This document shows positions 1 to 9,774 of a stretch of DNA of 64,000 nt, in pieces. The translations under genes were made by a program, and so were the position numbers. The stretch is from Bacteroidota bacterium (GTDB taxonomy: Bacteria; Bacteroidota; Bacteroidia; JAIBAJ01), in the NCBI GenBank assembly GCA_947475205.1, contig CANJNG010000003.1:5726-69725 (forward strand), in the 5' to 3' direction. The notes under the pieces were generated by a model. The model ran no database searches, was not told where the DNA came from, and worked only from the letters and a program-made list of their open reading frames with translations. Every line of letters starts with the position of its first letter. Positions within the stretch are counted from its first letter, which is position 1.

Positions 1-126
1 TTTCAAAACAAGTGCGAATGACGGATTTATTTCTTAAATATTGTTTTGAGGGTTAATTGGGTGTGTGTGAATTTCTGCAATCGCCCCAGTAGCCTTGTTC
101 TCAAATCGCCACAAGGCCTTGCCGCC

Positions 127-1044
127 TTATGCCATCACCCATTCCCCGATAAACATTTCTTTGCCATCGAAGAATACTTCCACGGTGAGGTTTTGATAGC
201 CTTCGCCCGACAGGGTAATAGCGTAAGTGCCTTTTTCGAGTTTCCCAAACCGGAAAAAGCCCCAGGCATTGGTGGTGGTTGTTAGTTTTAGCGAGGCAAT
301 TTCGGCCTGTATGCCTTTGATGTTTTCGCCTGTGGAGGCATCCTTCACCCGACCTTTTATGTCGATACCCCGGTCGGCATCTTTGCTTTCGGGTAGTAAA
401 AACAATTGATAGAGGGGGTAGTTATTGCGATAAATGAGTTTTGATGCAGCCGATACTTCGCTTAGGTAGTTCCACACTTTGTTGAGCAGCAATATCCGTT
501 CGCGGGTTTTCAGGGAGCGGCTTCGCAGAAAAAGTGTTCTGGAAATTATCACAGCTTCTAAGGCCGATTTGCGTGCCAAAACCTCATCAATATCGGTTTG
601 GGTAAAGTTTACAGTGGCCAATTTTGTGGCGTTTTGGCTTACTGCCTCGTGCAGCACAAGCATAAACACCAGCATCTTTTCGGGGCTTTTGCGGGTAGCT
701 TCATAGTCGGCATAACCAAACACCTTCCACATTTGAGGGTTGCCGGGGTAGGCTTTTTCAATGAAGAACTTCGCATTTTGGAAGCATATTCGGCATAACT
801 CCATTTCCTTGTCCAAAACTTCGGTGTTTTGCACTAAAGATATCTCAACATAATCATCCTTATCATACTGCCGGGCAGTATTTATGTCATTTTCCCAGTT
901 CGCTATATAGGTGGCATCAAACATAGGGTCGAATGTTTGAAAGTCGGCCAGGTTTAGCTCCAAAGCATACTTCATATCCAGAGCATGCATAAACATTATG
1001 GGGTCTTCAATGGCATAATCGCGAATAAATTCTGAATCCTGCAT
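127..1044 (-). CDS. Uncharacterised protein: long predicted-helical N-terminus plus C-terminal carboxypeptidase-regulatory-like (CarboxypepD_reg) beta-sandwich
   Basis: 305-aa ORF with no signal peptide. The C-terminus 'IKGRVKDASTGENIKGIQAEI...TTTNAWGFFRFGKLEKGTYAITLSGEGY' matches the CarboxypepD_reg pattern. A -7 box TATTTTTG lies on the minus strand at 1077-1084. Confidence 0.7.
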   Translation of the reverse strand: MQDSEFIRDYAIEDPIMFMHALDMKYALELNLADFQTFDPMFDATYIANWENDINTARQYDKDDYVEISLVQNTEVLDKEMELCRICFQNAKFFIEKAYPGNPQMWKVFGYADYEATRKSPEKMLVFMLVLHEAVSQNATKLATVNFTQTDIDEVLARKSALEAVIISRTLFLRSRSLKTRERILLLNKVWNYLSEVSAASKLIYRNNYPLYQLFLLPESKDADRGIDIKGRVKDASTGENIKGIQAEIASLKLTTTTNAWGFFRFGKLEKGTYAITLSGEGYQNLTVEVFFDGKEMFIGEWVMA

Positions 1045-1183
1045 AGTTTTTGATTTGTAAGATTGATTTGATTGTACAAAAATATGAATATCTATGATTG
1101 TAAGATTAATATATAATAATATTACTTAAATATTTAATGAAGCATGGGGTAGATATACTATAATTAGATATACTTTTTATTAT

Positions 1184-1239
1184 TTCAGTAAAACATTTAT
1201 AGTTTTCCGTTGACGGAAAACTATAAATGTTTTACTGAA
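1184..1239. repeat. Perfect inverted repeat: 27-bp arms, 2-nt centre
   Basis: TTCAGTAAAACATTTATAGTTTTCCGT (1184-1210), TG, ACGGAAAACTATAAATGTTTTACTGAA (1213-1239); the arms are exact reverse complements. Confidence 0.95.
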
Positions 1240-1418
1240 TAGCATGAATATTTAACTATATGCAATACATATTAAGAAGAAACAAATAAATATTAGATTA
1301 CATTTAATAGATAGTAATAAATAACTATTAAATATATAAAATTTAGAATAGAATCTTTTAGGATAGAATTACTTATCCTTTTATAAATATAGAAAAAGAT
1401 TCATAATCCTACGAAACC

Positions 1419-2498
1419 CTATTTATTAAGCCTATCATTTATCAGATTAATGTATTTCAGCAGGGTTTCATCAGCTTTGGGCTTGGGTTCTTTGGTGTAG
1501 CCTTCTAATAAAGCACTATCGCCGGCGAGACGTTCGAGAAGGAAATCTTTATCTAGGGGATATAATTCACCAGTTCGCATACTAAGTGTGTGAAGTGGGA
1601 AATCATATTTAGCCATATCTGCTGTGGTTAGCATTACTATTACTTCTCCAATTAGCCCCGCAGCTACACCGGCTGTAGTCATTAGCATTTGATGTTCTAA
1701 AGAGTATTTACCACTTCTATAGGTAAGAAACCGTCCTTTCGCTAAACAAAGAGAAAACATTATTGCACGATTGGGTGGGTGGGAATTCATAAATATGGAG
1801 TCGCCTTTTACAAAGGAATACATTTCTTCAAAAATGAATTTGTCGGAATAGGCATCGCCTTTAAACTTTAGTGTGTATATGTTACGCTTGCTAGGTGATG
1901 AGTTGTCGGGGCTAATTTGAGTTATCCCCATATCTGCAGTAAAGGCCGGGGTTTTGGTTCTGAACTGTTCAAAGTTGAGGTAAACCCCATCGGGAAATTT
2001 ATCGTAACGCATTGCGGCCAACAGGCTATCGGTGTTTAAGGGTTTCGTCGGGGAGATATCGCCCCCTAAGCTCTTCACTACTTTACTCCGCTTTCGGACT
2101 TCAATTGGTATCAATACTTTAAACGCCACAACAGCATCATAGCCTCCCGACCATAGCTTTTCGGCTTCGGTGAGGGAGAATGCAAAATCGGTTTCCTGTG
2201 CAGACTGCTCATTTCGAGTTTTTAATTCCCTAAAATATTCCGTTTTGCTGATATTCTTGTTTCCGCTGCCTCCTGTTATGAATGCCACTTTTATTCCGTG
2301 GAAATCCTGCCCGTCGCGGCGACCTTTTAAATACGTGTTTAGAAAATCGGCTTCGCTATTGTTTAGGATGGGGTCGTCGTTCAGGCCGCAACTTTCGAGA
2401 TTTTGAGCGATAATGTTGATGGAAAAGAGGCAGAGAAGGAGCGGTAAAATGGAGGAAAGGAAATGATTAGTTTTGATCATTAAAGATGGCAATATCAA
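1419..2498 (-). CDS. Secreted/envelope hypothetical protein, probably two domains
   Basis: 359-aa ORF with a hydrophobic N-terminal signal (start may be the ATG at 2480). The second half begins 'DGVYLNFEQFRTKTP'. No catalytic motif recognised. Confidence 0.65.
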   Translation of the reverse strand: MILPSLMIKTNHFLSSILPLLLCLFSINIIAQNLESCGLNDDPILNNSEADFLNTYLKGRRDGQDFHGIKVAFITGGSGNKNISKTEYFRELKTRNEQSAQETDFAFSLTEAEKLWSGGYDAVVAFKVLIPIEVRKRSKVVKSLGGDISPTKPLNTDSLLAAMRYDKFPDGVYLNFEQFRTKTPAFTADMGITQISPDNSSPSKRNIYTLKFKGDAYSDKFIFEEMYSFVKGDSIFMNSHPPNRAIMFSLCLAKGRFLTYRSGKYSLEHQMLMTTAGVAAGLIGEVIVMLTTADMAKYDFPLHTLSMRTGELYPLDKDFLLERLAGDSALLEGYTKEPKPKADETLLKYINLINDRLNK

Positions 2499-2752
2499 TA
2501 ATGAAACTTACACGAAATAATCACAATAGTATCGGCAGTAACCTTATACACCAACCGGTGTTCGCGGTTTATCCGGCGGCTCCAACAGCCTTTGAGGTTA
2601 TGCTTTAGGGCTTCGGGTTTACCAATCCCCTCAAAAGGTGTTTCCCTGCATTCGGCAACCAACCTTACAATCTTTTCAAATATGTTGGCATCATCTTTCT
2701 GCCACTTATAAAACTGTTCGAGAGCCGAATTCTCAAACTCCACTGTTCTCAT
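2495..2752 (-). CDS. yoeB: Txe/YoeB family type II toxin
   Basis: 'GIGKPEALKHNLKGCWSRRINREHRLVY' is the YoeB signature; overlaps the upstream antitoxin by 4 nt. Confidence 0.93.
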   Translation of the reverse strand: MRTVEFENSALEQFYKWQKDDANIFEKIVRLVAECRETPFEGIGKPEALKHNLKGCWSRRINREHRLVYKVTADTIVIISCKFHY

Positions 2753-2979
2753 TTCTTCAAATACTGGTCAATATCCACCTTGGTAGTTTTGCCTTGCTCG
2801 GCATTTTTAAGGGCATCGGCCAAGTGCTTACGGTTAGCCTCTGAGGAATGCAGGTATTCCGTTTCGTCTAAATCCTCTTCCACCGAAATAGCAATGCGTT
2901 TGTTCTTAAACATAGCTTTAATGCCCGCTATAAAACTTTCATCGAGTTCGTTGGCCTTTATGTGAATAGAAGTGTACAT
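2749..2979 (-). CDS. YefM-like antitoxin
   Basis: The C-terminal 'DETEYLHSSEANRKHL' is the YefM toxin-binding motif. Start placed at ATG 2979 because a -7 box TATCTTTG (minus strand, 2999-3006) lies inside the longer ORF call. Confidence 0.8.
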   Translation of the reverse strand: MYTSIHIKANELDESFIAGIKAMFKNKRIAISVEEDLDETEYLHSSEANRKHLADALKNAEQGKTTKVDIDQYLKK

Positions 2980-3070
2980 GAAATAATAATTAACTACGCA
3001 AAGATAAAGCGAAACACATTCCACTCGCCTTGTCGCCTTTTCGTTATTATTTCCCCATTACTTTCGCCCT

Positions 3071-6000
3071 GTGTCAAATGGTATAGTTTCGGTCTGGAAA
3101 TTCCTATCGGGGATTCGGGCAATTGCAATCCTGGTATTTATCGGCATTTTTGGTTTGGCCGCTTGGCAAGCCAGCAAAATTGAGCTGAATGAAGACATTT
3201 CGGCCTTTGTGCCGCAGGACGAAAACACGGCAAAAGCCACTGCCGTGCTCGAACAATCGGGCATAGCCGATAAAATAATCATTCAGATCTATGGAGAACA
3301 GTCGGACAATGAGGAAGCCTTAATGCAGGTGGCCGATTCGCTAGAAAAGGATTTAGAATCTGCCGAATTTTCAATCGTGGTTAAGCGGGTAAACTACCTC
3401 AGCCCCGACACGGTTTTAGAAACTTTCCTCGACCTGTTTTATGCTCACCTGCCCGTATTTCTCCACGATTCGGATTATGCCCTATATAAGCCCCTACTGA
3501 GCGACACAGGTACATTCAGGTTGCTTTCTGCCCTCAAAGAAAATCTCGAAAATCCTGCTTCCATCTTTAGTGCACAGTTTGCAGCCAAAGACCCGGCAGG
3601 GGTTTATACAAAAGCATTTTCCAAACTTAAAAGCGTTCAACCCGATAGCAATTTTGATATTTATGAAGGTCGTATTTTTTCATCCGACCACAAAAATCTG
3701 CTCCTTTTCATTACACCAAAATATCCGGCAAGCAACACTAGGCAAAATGGCGAACTGCTCAATAAACTGAATGCTTCCATAGCCAAAGCGAAGACGGGTT
3801 CGGCAGTGAATGTATCGGTTTATGGTGGCCCGGTGGTGGCACTAAGCAATAGCCGCCAAATGAAACACGATACGGTTTTCACCTCCATTTTAGCTGCGGT
3901 CTGCATCCTGCTTTTGCTGTTGGCCTTTTACCGCAGTGTATGGCTTACTTTTTTGGTATTTGTTCCGGTGTTGTTTGGTGCGGTGTGTTCGCTGGGATTG
4001 ATAAGTATTTTTAAGGGGGAAGTGTCGGCCATTGCCATCGCTGCCGGAAGCATTGTGATGGGCATTGCCATTAATTATGCCTTGCACTACATCACGCATT
4101 TGAAGCACGAAAAGTCAATTGCCAAAACCCTTGCCGAAATTGCCCGACCCATGCTTTTGGGTTGCGTTACCACAGCGGGTGCCTTCTTCGGGCTGTGTTT
4201 GGTCAAATCGGAAGCCTTGCAGCAATTGGGGCTTTTTGCGGGGCTTACGCTGATTTTTTCGGCGGCGGCCACCATGCTTGTATTGCCGCTATTGACATCT
4301 GACAACATTTCCATAAAAGAGGAAAGCACCCTGAAAGTTTCAAGGTTTGCGGTGTTGGATTATATCCGTGATAAATCTGAAACCTGGCCTGTGTTTTTGG
4401 TGGTGATACTGCTCACCATCGGTTTTTATTTCTTTTCGGGAAATGCTGAATTTGATAATGATTTGATGAAGGTGAATTATCTGGATCCTGAAACATTGGC
4501 GGCAGAAAAGAAGCTCGAATCTATCAGCAGCCATTCGCTTCGGAGTATTTATCTGGCCAATCAAAGTGCAACTGAAGAAGAGGTTCTGATTTCCAACGAA
4601 AGCACAGATTCAACGCTTTCGGCACTTAAAAGCAAGGGTGATTTGCAACATTATATTGTTCCATCTGCTTTGATTCCTTCGCTACAAACTCAGCATAAAC
4701 GTATTGCCCGCTGGGAAAATTTCTGGTCAAGAGAAACCATTGAAAGGGCGAAACAAAACCTCGAAACTCAAGGAAAGAAGTTGGGATTTAAGGCAAGTGC
4801 ATTCTCGGCCTTCTTTGCAAATATCGAAACGGCCAATCAGCCTTTATCAACTGAAAATAAAGATTGGTTGCGAAGCATTTTCTTTCAAGATTTTATGTTT
4901 CACAAAGCCGGGAATTGGTATATCATTTCCCAAATAAAAACTACCGAAACAAAACGAAATGCGGTAACCGAAACCCTGGCTCAAAGCCCGGACGCTATGT
5001 TGCTCGACAAGCAATTTCTTACCCGAAAATTTATCAGTTTGGTGAAGGAAGATTTCAGCACCATTCTTTGGGTGTCGGGCGGACTGGTATTTATAGTGCT
5101 GCTGTTAAGTTACGGAAGGATAGAACTTACCCTGATTAACTTCCTACCGATGTTGCTGAGTTGGATTTGGCTGTTGGGCCTGATGTCGATATTCGGGTTA
5201 AAGTTCAACATCGTAAACATCATCATCGGAACCCTGATATTTGGGTTAGGCGACGATTACAGCATTTTTGTTTTGGGTGGAATGCTCGAAGAGTTTAAAA
5301 CCGGGAAAAAGCTGTTGCCATCTTTCAAGACTTCTATTTTTCTGTCGGCAGCCACAACGTTTATCGGGGTGGGCGTGCTCATATTTGCCACACACCCTGC
5401 CCTGAAAAGTATTGCATCGGTTACCATTATAGGAATGGTTGGGGTGTTGGTTATATCGCTTACGGTTGCTCCATTTCTGTTTCGCATCCTGGCATTAGAC
5501 CGCAAGAAGAAAGGCTATCTTCCCTATACGGCTTCGGCCTTTGTGTTGTCGTTTATTGCATTTTTCTACTTCATAATAGGGTGCAGTGTGCTGAATATTG
5601 TTGGGTTCGTGCAGTTTAAAATCCTTCGGCAACGCAGCAAAGCGGCCAAAATGTTTTTCCACCGGGTGTTGAGTTGGTTTACGGGAAGCCTCGTTTACCT
5701 GATGGCCAATGTGAAAAAGAAAATCATCAATACCTCGGGGGAGACGTTTGAAAAGCCTGCTATCATTATTAGCAATCATCAAAGCTTTTTGGATATTCTA
5801 ACCATTACCATGCTTTCTCCAAGGATGATTTTGCTGACGAACGAATGGGTTTGGAATTCGCCGTTTTTTGGAACGTTCATTAAGTACGCCGACTATTTAC
5901 CGGTAGCCGATGGGATAGAGCATAATGTGGAGAAAATCCGCAACATCGTTAATCAGGGCTATAGCGTTTTGGTTTGGCCCGAAGGCACTCGCAGTCCCAA

Positions 6001-6910
6001 CGGGCAAATGAAACGTTTTCATAAAGGAGCGTTTCTTTTAGCTAAAGAATTGGGTTTAGAAATTCTTCCCATAATTGTCCATGGCACAGGCCATACGATG
6101 AGTAAGGGTGATTTCCTGTTGAAAAACGGGCAGATCACTTTGAAGATTATGCCCCGGATAAGCCTTAGCGAAGAAAGCACACCTGCCGAATTAGCCAAGA
6201 GCATTGGACGCTGGTTTAGGGGGGAATATACCCGGTTGTGCTTGGAAACGGAAACGCCATCCTATTACAAGGAAATTTTGCTAAAGAATTATATTTACAA
6301 AGGACCTGTTTTGGAATGGTATGCCCGGGTAAAGGTTACTTTGGAGAAAAACTATGAGCCTTTTCATAAGCTGGTGCCACTCGATGCCACGATTACTGAT
6401 ATTGGGTGTGGCAATGGCTTTATGGTTTGGATGCTTTCGTTCTTATCGCCCGCCCGCAAAATAACCGGGCTGGATTACGATAGCGAAAAGATTGAAGTGG
6501 CGGCTAATATTTCTACGCCAAATGATAGGGTAAATTTTCGGCAGGCCGATATCGTAAAAGAAGAACTGAGCCCGAGCGATGTATTTATTATGGCTGATGT
6601 AATCCATTATTTGCTTCCGACACAGCAGGAAGTTGTTTTGCGGAAAATGATGAATGCCCTGAACCCCGATGGCTTAATTATTCTTCGGGATGGGGACGCC
6701 GACTTGGTGAAACGTCAAAAAGGGACCTGGCTCACAGAACTGTTTTCTACTAAACTGGTTGGCTTCAATAAAACCCAAAACGAATTGCATTTTATTTCGG
6801 GGAAATGGCTGCATGATTTTGCGGCCAAGCATCAGTTCTCCGTATCGGTGAATGACGATACAAGGTTTACTTCTAATACGGTGTGGGTGCTGAAGCGGCG
6901 GATGAATTAA
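3071..6910 (+). CDS. Trifunctional MMPL/RND-like transporter + PlsC-type acyltransferase + class I SAM methyltransferase (flexirubin/aryl-polyene-cluster type)
   Basis: Two multi-TM blocks with 'GIAINYALH' and 'GLGDDYSIF'; PlsC motifs 'NHQSFLD' and 'WPEGTRS'; SAM motif 'DIGCGNG'. Confidence 0.85.
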   Translation: MSNGIVSVWKFLSGIRAIAILVFIGIFGLAAWQASKIELNEDISAFVPQDENTAKATAVLEQSGIADKIIIQIYGEQSDNEEALMQVADSLEKDLESAEFSIVVKRVNYLSPDTVLETFLDLFYAHLPVFLHDSDYALYKPLLSDTGTFRLLSALKENLENPASIFSAQFAAKDPAGVYTKAFSKLKSVQPDSNFDIYEGRIFSSDHKNLLLFITPKYPASNTRQNGELLNKLNASIAKAKTGSAVNVSVYGGPVVALSNSRQMKHDTVFTSILAAVCILLLLLAFYRSVWLTFLVFVPVLFGAVCSLGLISIFKGEVSAIAIAAGSIVMGIAINYALHYITHLKHEKSIAKTLAEIARPMLLGCVTTAGAFFGLCLVKSEALQQLGLFAGLTLIFSAAATMLVLPLLTSDNISIKEESTLKVSRFAVLDYIRDKSETWPVFLVVILLTIGFYFFSGNAEFDNDLMKVNYLDPETLAAEKKLESISSHSLRSIYLANQSATEEEVLISNESTDSTLSALKSKGDLQHYIVPSALIPSLQTQHKRIARWENFWSRETIERAKQNLETQGKKLGFKASAFSAFFANIETANQPLSTENKDWLRSIFFQDFMFHKAGNWYIISQIKTTETKRNAVTETLAQSPDAMLLDKQFLTRKFISLVKEDFSTILWVSGGLVFIVLLLSYGRIELTLINFLPMLLSWIWLLGLMSIFGLKFNIVNIIIGTLIFGLGDDYSIFVLGGMLEEFKTGKKLLPSFKTSIFLSAATTFIGVGVLIFATHPALKSIASVTIIGMVGVLVISLTVAPFLFRILALDRKKKGYLPYTASAFVLSFIAFFYFIIGCSVLNIVGFVQFKILRQRSKAAKMFFHRVLSWFTGSLVYLMANVKKKIINTSGETFEKPAIIISNHQSFLDILTITMLSPRMILLTNEWVWNSPFFGTFIKYADYLPVADGIEHNVEKIRNIVNQGYSVLVWPEGTRSPNGQMKRFHKGAFLLAKELGLEILPIIVHGTGHTMSKGDFLLKNGQITLKIMPRISLSEESTPAELAKSIGRWFRGEYTRLCLETETPSYYKEILLKNYIYKGPVLEWYARVKVTLEKNYEPFHKLVPLDATITDIGCGNGFMVWMLSFLSPARKITGLDYDSEKIEVAANISTPNDRVNFRQADIVKEELSPSDVFIMADVIHYLLPTQQEVVLRKMMNALNPDGLIILRDGDADLVKRQKGTWLTELFSTKLVGFNKTQNELHFISGKWLHDFAAKHQFSVSVNDDTRFTSNTVWVLKRRMN

Positions 6911-6966
6911 AAATCTGCAAAATGTATGTTAAGCTGAAACCCACTGTACATTGACTACATCTATCT

Positions 6967-8250
6967 TTGCTTCCAATGAATAGAGGAGCACTCCGGGTTT
7001 TTATCATTTTAGGTGTCATTTCTGTGTTGGGCGTAAGCACCTTGCAGATTTTTTGGTTGAACCGAGCATTTAACCTCGAAAATCAGGAATTTAACGACCG
7101 TGTAAATTTGGCATTGCGTAGGGTAGCCAACGTTATCAGCATAATGAATAAGGAAGAGCGACCTTATCAGCAGGTAACACAGGTAAGCAGCAACTATTTT
7201 GTGGTGAGTATGAACGATTCGCTACACCCGTATTTGCTCGAAAGACTGCTACGAACAGAATTCGACCGCCGGAATATTTATCAGGATTTCGAGTATGTAA
7301 TTTACGATTGCTTCACCAATAAAATTGTCTTTAGCAAGTACATCACCAAGAACGAAAACGGAGGCAAAGTCCCAGAAACTGTTGAGCCTCCCAAATGGGT
7401 GAAAGACAACCACTACTTTGGAGTATATTTCCCTAATAAAGCCCGGCATTTGATTGGTGAAATGGAAATCTGGATATTCAGTTCAGCGGTGTTGCTGATT
7501 GTAATTATCTTTTTTGCCTATTCTATGAGTGTGATTCTGAGGCAAAAGAAGTTGAGCGAAATCCGAAACGATTTCATCAACAACATGACTCACGAATTTA
7601 AAACACCTATTTCTACAATTAGCATTACAGGCGAAATGCTGGCCAAACCTGCTGTGCAGGCCGAACCTCAACGCATTGAACGCTATGCCGGAATTATTAC
7701 CGAAGAATCTACCCGGCTGCGAAATATGGTAGAGCGTTTGCTGCAAATGAGTGCATACGATAGAGAGGTAAAACTAAATCTGGATGATCAAAACATTCAC
7801 GAAATAATCGAACATTCTGTGCAGAGTATGGAGCTATTGCTGAACGAAAGAAACGGCTCCATTTCATGTAAACTAAATGCACCATCCCACATTATCAAAG
7901 CCGATAAGGTGCATTTGACTAACATTATTTACAACTTGCTCGACAACGCTATTAAATATACGGTGGATGAACCTAAAATTGAAATCAGCACTTTCAATAC
8001 CAAAAAACAGTTATGTATTAATATTAGAGATAACGGTATCGGTATGAACAAAGAAGCTCAGAAACAAATTTTCGATAAGTTTTATCGGGTTTCAACAGGA
8101 AACATTCACAAAGTAAAAGGTTTTGGTTTGGGATTAAATTATGTAAAACTTATAGCTAAAGCTCACGGCGGCACTGTAAAACTTATAGAAAGCCAAATTG
8201 GCAAAGGCAGCACATTTGAACTACGATTTCCGCTTGTTCCAAAAGGATAA
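6967..8250 (+). CDS. Membrane sensor histidine kinase (no adjacent regulator)
   Basis: Two TM helices, H-box 'MTHEFKTP', N-box 'NLLDNAIKY', G1 'DNGIG', G2 'GFGLGL'. Confidence 0.92.
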   Translation: MLPMNRGALRVFIILGVISVLGVSTLQIFWLNRAFNLENQEFNDRVNLALRRVANVISIMNKEERPYQQVTQVSSNYFVVSMNDSLHPYLLERLLRTEFDRRNIYQDFEYVIYDCFTNKIVFSKYITKNENGGKVPETVEPPKWVKDNHYFGVYFPNKARHLIGEMEIWIFSSAVLLIVIIFFAYSMSVILRQKKLSEIRNDFINNMTHEFKTPISTISITGEMLAKPAVQAEPQRIERYAGIITEESTRLRNMVERLLQMSAYDREVKLNLDDQNIHEIIEHSVQSMELLLNERNGSISCKLNAPSHIIKADKVHLTNIIYNLLDNAIKYTVDEPKIEISTFNTKKQLCINIRDNGIGMNKEAQKQIFDKFYRVSTGNIHKVKGFGLGLNYVKLIAKAHGGTVKLIESQIGKGSTFELRFPLVPKG

Positions 8251-8310
8251 TGCATGCTGGAGAAGAGTGTATTTTATTATTGAATAGAAAATATACACTA
8301 TTCGTATTGC

Positions 8311-8318
8311 TACCTTTG
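8311..8318 (+). promoter_or_regulatory. Bacteroidota sigma-70 -7 element upstream of lpdA
   Basis: TACCTTTG matches TAnnTTTG, 13 nt before the ATG at 8332. Confidence 0.6.
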
Positions 8319-8331
8319 CCCCCTAATTATT

Positions 8332-9735
8332 ATGGAAAAATTTGATGTAACCGTTATCGGTTCAGGTCCCGGAGGCTATGTTGCCGCCATTCGTTGTGCA
8401 CAGTTAGGTTTCAAAACTGCTATTATTGAAAAGTATCCTACTTTAGGAGGCACGTGCCTCAATGTAGGCTGTATTCCCTCAAAAGCACTGCTTGATAGTT
8501 CCGAGCATTTTCACAACGCCACCCACAACTTTCCCGACCACGGAATAATTGCCGAAGGCCTTCAGGCCGATTTGGGCCAGATGGTAAAACGCAAAAACGG
8601 TGTAGTGAAAGTAACCTGCGAAGGCGTGGCTTATTTAATGAAGAAAAACAAAATCACAGTCTTTGAAGGATTGGGATCTTTTGTTACGGCTAAACAAATA
8701 AAAATCACCAAACCTGATGGCAAATCGGATGTAATTGAAACGGATAAAACCATTATAGCAACAGGCTCAAAGCCTTCTTCACTGCCCGGAATTACAATTG
8801 ACAAAAAACGCATCATCACCAGCACAGAAGCATTAAATCTCACCGAAATTCCTGAGCATTTGCTTGTTATAGGTGGAGGTGTAATTGGATTAGAATTAGG
8901 GTCGGTTTATGCCCGATTAGGGTCAAAAGTTTCGGTTGTGGAATATTTAGACCGGATAATACCCGGAATGGATGGCTCGCTAAGTAAAGAATTGCAAAGG
9001 GTTTTAGGTAAATTGGGCTTTCAGTTTTATCTTAACCACAAAGTTCAAGGTGTTAAAGCTAAAGGCAAAACAGTTTCACTTCTTGCAACCGACAAAAACA
9101 GTAAAACTCTGGAACTAAAAGGCGATTACTGTTTGGTTTCGGTTGGCAGAAAACCATACACAGAAGGCTTGGGCTTAGAAAATGTAGGAATCAAAATCGA
9201 CGAACGCGGACGAATAGATGTGGATGCACATCTGCAAACCAATGTGCCCGGTATTTATGCTATTGGGGACGTAATAAAGGGGGCTATGTTGGCTCATAAA
9301 GCCGAAGAAGAAGGTGTATTTGTGGCCGAAGTAATAGCCGGGCAAAAACCACATATCAACTATAATGCTATTCCAGGGGTGGTTTACACTTGGCCCGAAG
9401 TTGCCGGAGTAGGCCAAACTGAAGAACAACTTAAAACGGAAGGTCGTAAATATAAAACCGGACAATTTCCGTTCCGTGCCTTGGGACGTGCCCGTGCCAG
9501 CATGGACTTAGATGGCTTTGTGAAAATATTGGCCGATGCCGAAACCGACGAAATGCTCGGAATGCATATCATCGGAGCTCGTGCTGCCGATATGATAGGC
9601 GAAGGGGTTACAGCACTGGAATTTAGAGCCAGTGCCGAAGATATTGCCAGAATCAGCCACGCACATCCCACTTATATGGAAGCCATTAAAGAAGCAGCCT
9701 TGGATGCAACCGGAAAGCGGGCGATGCATATTTAA
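8332..9735 (+). CDS. lpdA: Dihydrolipoyl dehydrogenase
   Basis: FAD motif 'GSGPGG', redox disulfide 'CLNVGCIP', NAD motif 'GGGVIG', C-terminal 'HAHPTYME'. Confidence 0.97.
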   Translation: MEKFDVTVIGSGPGGYVAAIRCAQLGFKTAIIEKYPTLGGTCLNVGCIPSKALLDSSEHFHNATHNFPDHGIIAEGLQADLGQMVKRKNGVVKVTCEGVAYLMKKNKITVFEGLGSFVTAKQIKITKPDGKSDVIETDKTIIATGSKPSSLPGITIDKKRIITSTEALNLTEIPEHLLVIGGGVIGLELGSVYARLGSKVSVVEYLDRIIPGMDGSLSKELQRVLGKLGFQFYLNHKVQGVKAKGKTVSLLATDKNSKTLELKGDYCLVSVGRKPYTEGLGLENVGIKIDERGRIDVDAHLQTNVPGIYAIGDVIKGAMLAHKAEEEGVFVAEVIAGQKPHINYNAIPGVVYTWPEVAGVGQTEEQLKTEGRKYKTGQFPFRALGRARASMDLDGFVKILADAETDEMLGMHIIGARAADMIGEGVTALEFRASAEDIARISHAHPTYMEAIKEAALDATGKRAMHI

Positions 9736-9774
9736 TCTGAACTGTTTCATTTTTCCCACCTTTCAATTACATCA

